Assembly (NCBI GenBank): GCA_000960865.2
Contig: JZWU02000002.1
Location: 32,656-96,655, forward strand
From: Vulcanisaeta sp. AZ3
GTDB taxonomy: Archaea; Thermoproteota; Thermoprotei; Thermoproteales; Thermocladiaceae
Direction: 5' to 3'
Length of the DNA stretch: 64,000 bases
Made by a program: the position numbers and the translations under genes. Of the stretch, positions 1 to 9,474 are shown in pieces (the first letter of the stretch is position 1; the number at the start of each line of letters is the position of its first letter). Below the pieces are notes generated by a model. That model had not been told where the DNA came from. It saw only the letters and a list, made by a program, of their open reading frames with translations, and did not search any database.

Positions 1-330
1 TCTGAGGCACACCGTAGGCTTGCCCGGGGCGTGTTTGTTAGGAGACGTTTGCCCCTCTTAATGGCTGTGAATCCTACGCATTATGGTAAGCCGTACATAT
101 TATCAACAATAGAGGCAGTGGCAGCTACACTATACATACTAGGCTTTAAGGAGGATGCTAATAATGTATTGAGTCTGTATAAGTGGGGGCCGAACTTCCT
201 ATCAGTAAACGGGAAGTACCTCGAGAGGTACTCAATGGGTGATTTATTACCAGAGCGGGAGTTGCTGGGCATTGATGATGTATATTATGGATTGACCCAA
301 ATAATGAATGCATTATTAAGTACTGACTAA
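1..330 (+). CDS. tsr3: 16S rRNA aminocarboxypropyltransferase Tsr3 (DUF367), 5'-truncated by the window
   Basis: Frame is open from base 1; RRLPLLMAVNPTHYGKPYILSTIEAVAA and KWGPNF match Tsr3 motifs. Confidence 0.85.
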   Translation, partial: SEAHRRLARGVFVRRRLPLLMAVNPTHYGKPYILSTIEAVAATLYILGFKEDANNVLSLYKWGPNFLSVNGKYLERYSMGDLLPERELLGIDDVYYGLTQIMNALLSTD

Positions 331-1014
331 CTGCCTTGCATAATTACAGTTACTGGCTAGAGTGCATTTTTCGCAGAGTGGTTTGTCTGGTAGGCAATAC
401 TTCTTCCCTATGGTTACTACGGATGCGTGGATAAGCTTATACGTATAGAGATCCTTGGGTAGCAAACCCTCGAGGAACCTCTTCCACTCACCATAACTCC
501 CACTAAAATTAATGCCCAATACCCTACTGAGGACACGCCTTGTGTATTGAGAGATGGGGAGGGAGGGGATGTTTAGGGCGAAGAGCATTATTGAGTCTGC
601 AGTCTCTTCACCAACACCATCCTGGCTCAATAAAAACTCTCTAACATCATCCCTACCCCTCAAAGCCTCTAAACCACCAATGCTAGTTATGTTTCTAGCA
701 AGTTTTACAAGCCTAACAGCCTTAGTGAACCTATAATTAACACCCTTAATTAACTCGGCAAGCTCCTCAGGCTTCACCTCAGCAATCCTATCAAGCCTAT
801 TGAGGCCAAGAGCTCTAAGTCTACCTAAGACCTCACCAACGACCTCCCACCGAGTCTGCTGAACTAGTATCGCCGTTATGAAAACCTCATCAGGCGACTC
901 AGCCCCACCCCACCACCTACTCGACTTAGGATCATCAACGAACCAACCAGTCTCCCTAAGCTCCTCAACCAAGCTGCTAAACACATTAAGAAGTCTCTTA
1001 ACAACCTCATTCAT
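316..1014 (-). CDS. HhH-GPD/endonuclease III-related protein with C-terminal 4Fe-4S motif
   Basis: AILVQQTRW; HhH LLSQDGVGEETADSI; C-x6-C-x2-C-x5-C (CLPDKPLCEKCTLASNC). Confidence 0.85.
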   Translation of the reverse strand: MNEVVKRLLNVFSSLVEELRETGWFVDDPKSSRWWGGAESPDEVFITAILVQQTRWEVVGEVLGRLRALGLNRLDRIAEVKPEELAELIKGVNYRFTKAVRLVKLARNITSIGGLEALRGRDDVREFLLSQDGVGEETADSIMLFALNIPSLPISQYTRRVLSRVLGINFSGSYGEWKRFLEGLLPKDLYTYKLIHASVVTIGKKYCLPDKPLCEKCTLASNCNYARQLVST

Positions 1015-1066
1015 AACCTGGACACCTAAAGTAAGCTTATTAAATTAAGGATTTACCTGAGAGGCA

Positions 1067-1303
1067 ATGAGCGAGAGAGGTGGTAGGAGAGTAAGTAGGA
1101 GGTCGCCCCTGCCTGGGTATAAGGCTTGTAGGAATTGTAAAGCCGTAATTCCCGAGGAAGCAGAAAGATGCCCCGTATGCGGTGGGACAGACTTCACTAA
1201 GGATTGGATTGGGTTAGTAATAATACTTAAGCCTGAGGAGTCCTGCATAGCCAAGAGGCTTGGCATCACTAAGGCTGGTATGTACGCCATAGAGGTCATT
1301 TAA
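1067..1303 (+). CDS. spt4: Transcription elongation factor Spt4 (RpoE'')
   Basis: KACRNC...CPVCG...DWIGLVII...S.IAKRLGITKAGMYA zinc ribbon. Confidence 0.95.
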   Translation: MSERGGRRVSRRSPLPGYKACRNCKAVIPEEAERCPVCGGTDFTKDWIGLVIILKPEESCIAKRLGITKAGMYAIEVI

Positions 1304-1342
1304 TTTAATATTTATTAAGGGGTGTGTCCTGCGAATCCTTGA

Positions 1343-1741
1343 ATGTCCATACCAATGCCAAAATTACCCGAGGGAGTAGAGGTTGGTAAAGTAATAACTA
1401 GGTTAGTCAATATTAAGGAGAATAAGGTTATTGGGCGTAAGGAGGTTACCGTGGAGGTTTGGCACGTGGGATTACCAACACCAGGTAGATTACAATTACG
1501 TGAGGAGATTGCCAAGGCTCTCGGCGTTGATGTTAAGCAGGTCTACGTGATTAGAGTACTCACGGATTACGGTAGGCATAGAAGTACCGTGGAGGCCCAC
1601 GTATATGATGACCCAAATGCCGGTGAGAGAATCGAACCACTCTACGTGAAGCTCAGGAACATGCCTAGGGAGGAGGCTAAGAAGATACGTGAAGAGATGA
1701 GGAAGAAGAGAGGCGAGAAGAAAGGCGCAGCTAAGAAGTAA
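1343..1741 (+). CDS. rps24e: 30S ribosomal protein S24e
   Basis: ENKVIGRKEV...HVGLPTPGR...YGRHRSTVEAHVYD; downstream of spt4. Confidence 0.93.
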   Translation: MSIPMPKLPEGVEVGKVITRLVNIKENKVIGRKEVTVEVWHVGLPTPGRLQLREEIAKALGVDVKQVYVIRVLTDYGRHRSTVEAHVYDDPNAGERIEPLYVKLRNMPREEAKKIREEMRKKRGEKKGAAKK

Positions 1742-1790
1742 TACAAATTACAAGCATAATTTTACAGCAACACTTGTTGAATTTATAGGT

Positions 1791-2495
1791 TTGCCAAGTA
1801 TATATTTATTAAGGGTGATTTCCCTTGTAAATTATGTGGATTTTAGAGATATTCCAATTAATGAATGCCCAATTAAATACCTGGACACATTACACTTGAT
1901 ATTACTCATACTATATAGAAGGGCCAAGCTCTGTAGTAGCTTAGATCTCAAATGCCTAGATCTACCAATACTTGCAACAACACCATTAGTTGCTAAGAAT
2001 TGCGATAGGGATGATGTTTACAAATTCTTTAGGCGCATGAGAAGGATTGTGGAGAAGATGGGTGATGAGATTGAAATATTTAGATTTGGCAAATTAAGTG
2101 CGTACTTATCCATAGTATTTAAGACAGCCACTATTAAGGTCCATAATACATTCATTGTGAACGATGAGGATTGTAAAAAGGTGAATTGTGTCACGGTGAA
2201 TAATGTTACAACACTGAACATGAGATTAATCGTTAAACTAAGTAATGAGAACCTCGTAATTCTGAATATACCAGACGCTGTGATTTGGTTGAGCAAAATG
2301 TATGGCTTTGATGTAACATATGGCATATTAAAGTTAATTCATGACTATATAGAGACTGGTACATTTAATGATGAGATTGATGAGTTAATAGAAATAGTTA
2401 GGAGGTGGGGTATTAATATTGATAGGGAGTCTTTCATAAGGTCAACCTTACCAGGTAAAAGGAACCTGGAACATTTAAGGGAAATCAAGGTATAG
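1791..2495 (+). CDS. Hypothetical protein (start uncertain)
   Basis: 234-codon ORF with no recognised motif. Confidence 0.6.
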   Translation: MPSIYLLRVISLVNYVDFRDIPINECPIKYLDTLHLILLILYRRAKLCSSLDLKCLDLPILATTPLVAKNCDRDDVYKFFRRMRRIVEKMGDEIEIFRFGKLSAYLSIVFKTATIKVHNTFIVNDEDCKKVNCVTVNNVTTLNMRLIVKLSNENLVILNIPDAVIWLSKMYGFDVTYGILKLIHDYIETGTFNDEIDELIEIVRRWGINIDRESFIRSTLPGKRNLEHLREIKV

Positions 2496-2943
2496 GCACC
2501 TCCTGTATTTGCAAATTTACCACCAACTGGAATAGAAGCGCTGGCACCTTTAGGATTATAATCATAATGAGCTTTCCTCTCAGTGAAACAAGGCTTAAAG
2601 GCATCTCCTAGCGCCTTACTAATTGAAGAGGTATCCATAACGCCAATTTGGCACGTAGAAACACCGTACAGCTATACCGCACGCCATAGGAATGGCATAA
2701 CGCCATTAGTAATAAATCGAATTTATATAATTAATGGCTTATAACAATGATTTCTAATGTGGCATCTGCAAGTAGACCTCTCTATAATGCATCCTGGAGT
2801 CCCCAGAGGCTACAGAATGAGGAAGATTCTCCCGCTCGGGGATGTGGCTTAAGATTCGCTCCACGGCCCTACTGCTGGACAAATAGGCACTAAATTTTTA
2901 GAAAAAAGTGAAGTTTCAAAAGAGATTTTATACAAATGTTTAT

Positions 2944-3288
2944 TTACGGAGGCGGCACGTATTCCTTCTCCCTCTGCGCTTGCTCTTTAATCCTTTCAAT
3001 ATTCTTCAAGATCTCCTCGAGAGCCTCCTTAACAGCACCTCTATTTTTCACCAATGCGTCGAAGAGGGCCCTTTTGAAGGACACAGGGAGGTCCTCTAGG
3101 TAACCTCTTGCGTCTATCCTGGCTGAGGGGAAGGCCTCGAGTATCTTCTTAGCAGTTACGTCGTCCACCTCTATATCTAGCATTCTTAGTTCGCCGGCGA
3201 ACATAGACTTAAGCGAAGACGCTAGCGACAGATCCTTTATCGCCTCGAAACGCCTATCATCTATTACGAGGCCTATTTTGTACGTCAT
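2944..3288 (-). CDS. Conserved sat-associated small protein (resembles the ORF in the Archaeoglobus sat-apr operon)
   Basis: ATG overlaps the sat stop (ATGA); motif ARIDARGYLEDLPVSFKRALF. Confidence 0.7.
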   Translation of the reverse strand: MTYKIGLVIDDRRFEAIKDLSLASSLKSMFAGELRMLDIEVDDVTAKKILEAFPSARIDARGYLEDLPVSFKRALFDALVKNRGAVKEALEEILKNIERIKEQAQREKEYVPPP

Positions 3289-4644
3289 AGTCTCACCTCA
3301 AGCTCCTCCTCTTTAAGTTTTAAGTATTTTTCAGTCACGAAGGGATAGCCGTACACCCGCCACCATTTAACAATAACCTCATAAACCTCCGGCCTCATAA
3401 CTAACTTAGGAGGCCTCAGGCCTTCAATAAGTATGCCTCGGAGGAAAGAGCCGGAGATCCTCTCCGGCGTGTGGTTGCAGAGAGGCCGCTCCTTCACATC
3501 GCCATAAGACATGCCTAGGTAGGTGTACTCGCCGCACTTAGGGCAATACGCCAGCTCGCCCATATTGACGGGCTCTATCTTAAGCCCCTTATCTACTTCA
3601 TTTGGTGGGGCGTTTATGCCATAGCTAGGCAAGCCTCTAGTCCACAGGTATTGCGTGGCGTATGGGTCGTAATATTCACCGACAGCGGCGTGGTCGCGGC
3701 CGAACATGTGATGCGTCGGCCCCCATGTTCTGTCGAATAATGCCGTGCAAAATAGACTCAAGAGGATTGCCGTACCTCATATCCCACAGCGTCATGGTGA
3801 CCACATGCCTATCCGGGTGGAAATAGCCGGCTTTGTTAAGTGCCTCGTGGCCTTCCAATATGGCCTCGTCCACGTAATCGCCGGGCCTCTTAGCGCCGAT
3901 TATGGCGTTGACGAGGACGGCGTCGCCAGGCCTATTGCCACCGCATACGAATAAGGCACGTTTCATAAGCATTTCGTGGCCCATATGTGGAACATTACGC
4001 GTTTGGTGCGCTACAACTATCTTCCAGCCCTTACTCTCAATGTACTTCCGCGAAGCCGCAGGAGGCATCCAGAAGCGGTCATAAGGCTCCTTAAACCTAG
4101 GCGGATTCACTATAGTCACCTTCCCAGCTATGGCCATGGGCTTCATAGAGCGATAGATAAGCCAGCCAGGGTGCTTCTCGTCAAAGCGCACCCTCACAAC
4201 TTCACGGTTCTTCTCCGGCGTTCCGAAAGTCGCATCGGCCAACTCCTTCCTATCACCGAGATTCCAAATCTCCTCTACCTTTAACACAGCGAGTGGCCTC
4301 CCCTTAAGCGTTAGTAATAGGTCATCCCCTACCTTGACGCCAGCGGCCTTGATCTCGTCCTCCGTGACGTCGTAGATTATGGGGAATGGGAAAAGCCACC
4401 CACTTAAAAGACGTCTCTCCTTAAGCACCGACTCTACCTCATTCCTCGTCATGAAGCCCTCCAACGGACTGAAGAAGCCATATGCAATAGACATTATTTC
4501 TCTATATGGATTCCTAATCGGTGAGCCGTCGGGGCCCAGGGTAGGCTTTATCTCGAGCCTAGTTTTAATCTCCCAAAACGACTTAGCCTTATCTATATCC
4601 TCAATCACATTATAAACTAGCCTACCTCCATGAGGCTCATGCAC
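3285..4644 (-). CDS. sat: Sulfate adenylyltransferase (ATP sulfurylase), split by one extra base at about 3720
   Basis: PHGGRLV, FSPLEGFM, HQTRNVPHMGHE, MRYGNPLESILHGIIRQNMG, then THHMFGRDHA and MRPEV in the other frame; shift at or beside the C5 run 3720-3724. Confidence 0.95.
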
Positions 4645-4848
4645 AGGATACGGTCTATGGAATTAATTTAAAATTTATTAACAAATAATGGGAACATCTA
4701 TTAATAAATGTTATTCACAATATTGATGCCTACCTCCGTTGTGAATAATACAATCCTTATTAACTTGTCCAAGGACTTTCTTGCAGTAAACCTCGTAGAG
4801 CCCACCGACTCTCTATACCTACTCCTACACCCATCGGTCTCCACGTGG

Positions 4849-5068
4849 TTTTACATACCCGAGTCCCTATGCTAGCGGCCTCTCCTGCCCAAGGAATAAG
4901 GCAATTAAGCCTAAGGCTTACCCTACGACCCATCACTGGGTAAGCGAAGTGAGGGTGAGCGATACTGACGACGCTACTCACTGGCTATAAAGCCGTGAGG
5001 ATGAAGGCTGTGTACTACAAACCAACGAACCACCTAAAGAAAACCCTTTAGGGTGGGAAAAAAGTCAG
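4849..5068 (+). mobile_element. Decayed IS200/IS605 (tnpB) 3' remnant with right end
   Basis: Degenerate crenarchaeal TnpB C-terminal coding traces (TTACATACCCGAGTCCCTA ~LHIPESL; GTGAGGATGAAGGCTGTG ~VRMKAV; AAACCAACGAACCACCTAAAG ~KPMNRPK) ending in ACCCTTTAGGGTGGGAAAAAAGTCAG, similar to the ...CCCTTTAGGGCGGGGAGGAGGTCAG right end. Confidence 0.75.
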
Positions 5069-5388
5069 CCTTAAAGATCTAAGGCGGCCGTTTCTCCCAA
5101 GGCCAGTGAAGGGGTATTTTGCGCATTGGTGGTGGCGCTAAATAGAAGACTCATTACTTGACGACTGACACACGTCGATAAAGAAAGCATAAAGCTCTTT
5201 ATAGACGTTAAAGCGTCTAGCCAGTGCCGCGATAGCGAGAAAGCATCGAGTAATACCAACGCAAACGAGAAGAAATTAAGGCGGCAGAGGTAAGCTATCG
5301 CAAAACTATTTCTATCTCTACTTTACACTAGACAAGATATAGAAAAATATTTTAATATTTTAATTTAGTGGTTATTTGGAATTATTTA

Positions 5389-7263
5389 TTATGGTATTAT
5401 ATGTATTACTGGGCTAGTGCGGAAACTCCATTGGCCAGTCTTCGGGTCTCTTCTTACATGTGTGAAGACGTGCCAATTCTCCTCATCAATGTATGGATAA
5501 TCGGCGTTTAAGTAATAGCCCCTGCTCTCCTTCCTATTCATCATCGAGTAAACAAGGGCCTGCCCAGCAATTAGACGGTGATAGACTTCCCACACCCTTA
5601 ACAACTCGTGGAGGTTCGCCGCAGCGGCGTATCTAAAGTCCTCCTCAAGCATGTGCAGCAGCTCCCAACCGCGGTTAAGGAGGTAGGTGTTAGTGACATA
5701 GAACATACCCCAGCCGGCTGCGTACTCATCCATAGTCTTTTGTAGGCGGACAAGCAACTGGTACCAATTCAAGTAATTGGGGTGAACCTCAAACCAATTA
5801 GTCATCGGAAGAGGCATTGTGGGCGTCGTCGTTAGCAGCCTATTCTTGTGGTACCACTCAAGAGGCCTATATACAATCTCCTTATAACGCTCAATAGTAT
5901 CATTGCTTATAGTCGGCACATAATCCTTAGCTACGGTGAGCACATACCTAGCAGCGGCCTTGCCTGCGATGCGGCCTTCCGCAAATGAACCGGAACTGAA
6001 CTTATGACCAGATGCTCCCACTGTATCACCGCCGCCGAACAAGCCCTCAACAGTCAACATACGGTTGGGACCCCACTTATACTCAGGAGGAGCGATGTCA
6101 GGAGGGCCAGAAGCCCACATACCCGCCGAGGAGGCATGGGAGCCTATTATATACGGCTCCGTTGTCATAAGCTCGGCAGGACCCTTGTCTGGGTGTAGGT
6201 TCTGCGAGGCCCATACGAGGGCTTGACTAGGAGTCATATCGAGATAATCTTCGAATAGTAGCTTAAAGGACTCCATATCACGAAGCCTTTCCTGAGTCTG
6301 CATAAGGTCGGGTCCACGGCCATTCTTGAGATTATTAATTGTAACCCAGGCACGAATCGGCGTAGGCGTCGGTCTCGCATAGGCGTAGTCGTGGAAGATC
6401 TTCGACAGCTCCGCCTTGGCCTCGTCGGGCAAGGGTTCCCACTGCTGACCCTTGACATCAGTGCTCCTCATCTTTAAGAGTAGGTATGGGTAGCCGACAG
6501 GGCCATAGCCGTCCTTAAATCTTACGACAACGTGTCTAAACTCAAAATTCACTGTTTCAGCTCCCGCTAGTATTGGGATTGCGTAGGCTGAGCCAGAGGC
6601 CCACGTCGGATACCACGACCTCCCGAGGCCCTCGCCAGTGCTCCTAGGCCTATAGAGTTGTGAAGCACCGCCCGCAGTAACTATTACTGCTTTAGCTTTA
6701 AAGACGTAGAAAGTCCCATCTCTAACGTTAAAGCCGACAACGCCCGCAATCCTATTAGGCTTGCTCTCATCAAGCAATGGATGCGTCACCATAACTCTCT
6801 CATAAACCTCATCGGCGGACTTCCTACAAGGCTCCGCTATGATGGCCTTATATGACTCACCATGAATTGAGGTCTGCCAACGACCACTTCTCTCGTACTT
6901 ACCTGTCTTCGGGTCACGCCATAGTGGTAGACCCCACTCATCGAATAATTTAACCGTAGACGTCATATGACGAGCAATATCATAAATTAAGTCCTCCCTA
7001 ACTACCCCTAACAAGTCATTGCGAACGTAATTTACAAAATCCTCTGGCTTGGGGTCAGCAGGGTCTGCAGTAAATACGCTGAGATTAATAGCCGATAAGC
7101 CCATACCTACTGCTCCACTCTTCTCTAAATTCGCCTTTTCTACTAGCGTGACTTTACATTTATTACGACACCAATACTTAGCCTCAAAGACAGCACCACA
7201 ACCGGCCATCCCACCGCCAACCACTAGAATGTCTGTATTAACGATCTTCATAGGGAAGTTCAT
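5389..7263 (-). CDS. aprA: Adenylylsulfate reductase alpha subunit
   Basis: DILVVGGGMAGCG, SGAVGMGLSAIN, IHGESYK, RFKDGYGPVG, HKFSSGSFAEGRI. Confidence 0.97.
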   Translation of the reverse strand: MNFPMKIVNTDILVVGGGMAGCGAVFEAKYWCRNKCKVTLVEKANLEKSGAVGMGLSAINLSVFTADPADPKPEDFVNYVRNDLLGVVREDLIYDIARHMTSTVKLFDEWGLPLWRDPKTGKYERSGRWQTSIHGESYKAIIAEPCRKSADEVYERVMVTHPLLDESKPNRIAGVVGFNVRDGTFYVFKAKAVIVTAGGASQLYRPRSTGEGLGRSWYPTWASGSAYAIPILAGAETVNFEFRHVVVRFKDGYGPVGYPYLLLKMRSTDVKGQQWEPLPDEAKAELSKIFHDYAYARPTPTPIRAWVTINNLKNGRGPDLMQTQERLRDMESFKLLFEDYLDMTPSQALVWASQNLHPDKGPAELMTTEPYIIGSHASSAGMWASGPPDIAPPEYKWGPNRMLTVEGLFGGGDTVGASGHKFSSGSFAEGRIAGKAAARYVLTVAKDYVPTISNDTIERYKEIVYRPLEWYHKNRLLTTTPTMPLPMTNWFEVHPNYLNWYQLLVRLQKTMDEYAAGWGMFYVTNTYLLNRGWELLHMLEEDFRYAAAANLHELLRVWEVYHRLIAGQALVYSMMNRKESRGYYLNADYPYIDEENWHVFTHVRRDPKTGQWSFRTSPVIHIIP

Positions 7264-7267
7264 GCTC

Positions 7268-7750
7268 TCACCTCACACCCCTAGCCTTTATTAAACTCCC
7301 CACGATTCTTACGGTTTGTTTAGGCCTCGGTAGTTCAGGAAAGCCTAGGTACTCTGGATTATCCTCCATAGCTAATAACTCAGAATCTAGGTCTTCACGT
7401 AGTGGTATGTCTAGGGCGCCGCGGGCGCTGCCCCAAGGCGTAGTTCTAATTGGTGATGCGAATTCGTAAATAGTGCCGTCGCGGTACATAATACGCCAGT
7501 AAATAATATTCTTCTTTGTATCTCTAATAATGCCAACTCTCATACCTAGAGGCGCAAACTCTGCATAGGTTCTAACATCAACAGCGTGTTCGGGGCAATA
7601 CTTGATGCAATTCAAACACTCAGCACAAGAGACTGGGTCTACATTATAGGCCCTCCTTGTCTTTGGGTCATATTGCATATTATCTGCCGGACATATATCG
7701 ACACACTTTCCACAGCCTTTACATAACGACGTATACACAAACGTAGGCAT
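7268..7750 (-). CDS. aprB: Adenylylsulfate reductase beta subunit (2x4Fe-4S)
   Basis: MPTFV start at 7750; CKGCGKCVDICP and CAECLNCIKYCP; F.SPIRTTPWGS; immediately upstream of aprA. Confidence 0.96.
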   Translation of the reverse strand: MPTFVYTSLCKGCGKCVDICPADNMQYDPKTRRAYNVDPVSCAECLNCIKYCPEHAVDVRTYAEFAPLGMRVGIIRDTKKNIIYWRIMYRDGTIYEFASPIRTTPWGSARGALDIPLREDLDSELLAMEDNPEYLGFPELPRPKQTVRIVGSLIKARGVR

Positions 7751-7838
7751 GTTATAACGCAAAATGCTCGTTCTATTTAAAAAAATTATTACAAATTCCT
7801 GTGTAATAAAAGATTTTAAAATCCAGGAAATTGCCTTG

Positions 7839-8732
7839 ATGATGATTGTATATCAATGTGGAATATATACATGTATAAAAAGCCCGGTTGACTGGCACTT
7901 AATCGATGCCTTGGCTATAATCACGGTTATATGGATAATTGCCACTTTTATTTATAAGGGCATCAAGCAATATAAGGTCTTTAATTACCCCCAGATGTAT
8001 GCGATGATACCATACCCCGAGTGGGACAATAAGTTGTTGGGGAAGTCTAATGTGGGTGCTGGGCGTTTAATTGCTGGTTTCTTCAAGACTCTCTTCGTCG
8101 ATGCATTAACAATGGCGGTTCTCGGTTGTGAGTTTGGGGAGAGTTATGCCGAGATTGTTAGGACAAAAACGGTAAAGAGAGCGGCTAAGTTATTGATTGT
8201 CTGGGGTTTCATATTTGCTGGTCTCTCTACTATAATTGCTTATGTAACATTCCCCTATAACTATATAATACTAAATATTACAAACCCAGCTAGAATATTA
8301 GGCATGCTGGGCGGTCTTTTCATAATCATAGGAGCTGCAATATGGCTTTCTGTTAGGTATAAAGAGGTGAATTACAAGGGTGTTTTTGACTTCATTGGCG
8401 CTGATTATTTACCTGTCATGGTACTCCTCATTGGGATAAGCGGCTTCATACTACAAGGAGCCATACTAGCCTATGCAACTTACGGCACAACCCTCCCTGT
8501 AGAAGCTTTCCTTTGGACCGCAATACACTTCCATGCAATAACAGTTGCGGCCTTCTTCTGGCTATTCTTCTGGACAAACGCAGACCACATAATATATATG
8601 TTCTTCTGGAGAACGTATTACCACGCCTATGAGGGGTTACCAAACATCACGACGAAATTACCGCAAGAAACGCTCCACCCACTAAATAGGACAGGAAAAG
8701 AAATACAAGGAGGATATAAATACAGTAAGTAA
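7839..8732 (+). CDS. Polytopic membrane protein resembling the QmoC/NarI-like cytochrome b membrane domain, without the Fe-S domain
   Basis: About 6 hydrophobic segments; AKLLIVWGF, NPARILGMLGG, HAITVAAFFWLFFWTNADHIIY resemble the QmoC C-terminal domain; divergent from aprB; likely start 7839 or 7842. Confidence 0.6.
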   Translation: MMIVYQCGIYTCIKSPVDWHLIDALAIITVIWIIATFIYKGIKQYKVFNYPQMYAMIPYPEWDNKLLGKSNVGAGRLIAGFFKTLFVDALTMAVLGCEFGESYAEIVRTKTVKRAAKLLIVWGFIFAGLSTIIAYVTFPYNYIILNITNPARILGMLGGLFIIIGAAIWLSVRYKEVNYKGVFDFIGADYLPVMVLLIGISGFILQGAILAYATYGTTLPVEAFLWTAIHFHAITVAAFFWLFFWTNADHIIYMFFWRTYYHAYEGLPNITTKLPQETLHPLNRTGKEIQGGYKYSK

Positions 8733-8935
8733 AAACAAAATATATCAATATTTAACTTTAAAATATATTAATTCTTTAGATTTACTTTTTATTCTTTGGA
8801 CAAAACCTCAGGCATTCTGGCTTTCACGAGACAGCTAAGTCACTTAGCTATTTATACCTGCAGCTCGAGCCCATAAATTAGCACTTATAGCCCTACCTTA
8901 CCCGTCGAGTAACGGTTTCTCAGCATTATTAACTC

Positions 8936-8978
8936 ATAGACACACTATGTATTAATTATGTATTAATACTGTGTCTAT
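8936..8978. repeat. Inverted repeat/hairpin enclosing a tandem 11-mer
   Basis: ATAGACACA...TGTGTCTAT (9-bp IR) flanking TATGTATTAAT x2; inner GTATTAAT/ATTAATAC also pair. Confidence 0.7.
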
Positions 8979-9474
8979 TCACCGCTTTTGCTCTTCACCT
9001 GACTTTCCTAAGTCGTAGCTCCATCGATATTGTCTTAAGATCAGCTGGCAGGAGCTAGTGTGGTTAAGGTTCAGTAATCTACCCTATAGCTTAAGGACCG
9101 ATTCATCGATGCTAAATACGCCGACTCATAAATACATCGATACTCTTCTCCTTAACTAAACACCATGCTTATATCCAATCAACTCCACGTAGACCGGACC
9201 ACCGTAACCCTCCATTACTCTGAGTTTAATAACCTAATCATCTCTTCACCTATGAAGGTGTTGGCGTTGAGTCTACTCAACTACTTAGCTACGTCGGAGC
9301 CTTTATATTATCTGATACATTCAGGGTCTTATGCATTACGTTATATGTATTTCATATTATTCACTAACAAGAACAAGAGTTTTAATCAAGATAAAGAGTC
9401 TAGAACGTTTAAGGGATATATTTAGTAGTTTATCGTAATTTTGAGTGAGAATAAAATCATTACTCTTATGGGCT

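Noticed and set aside
2345-2638. 97-aa minus-strand ORF
   Set aside because: Half overlaps the 1791-2495 gene antisense; no motif
4760-5259. ORFs 4760-4981 and 5071-5259
   Set aside because: Overlap or adjoin the decayed IS remnant; no recognisable protein features
9165-9425. 86-aa + strand ORF
   Set aside because: Atypical composition in a decayed intergenic region; likely spurious
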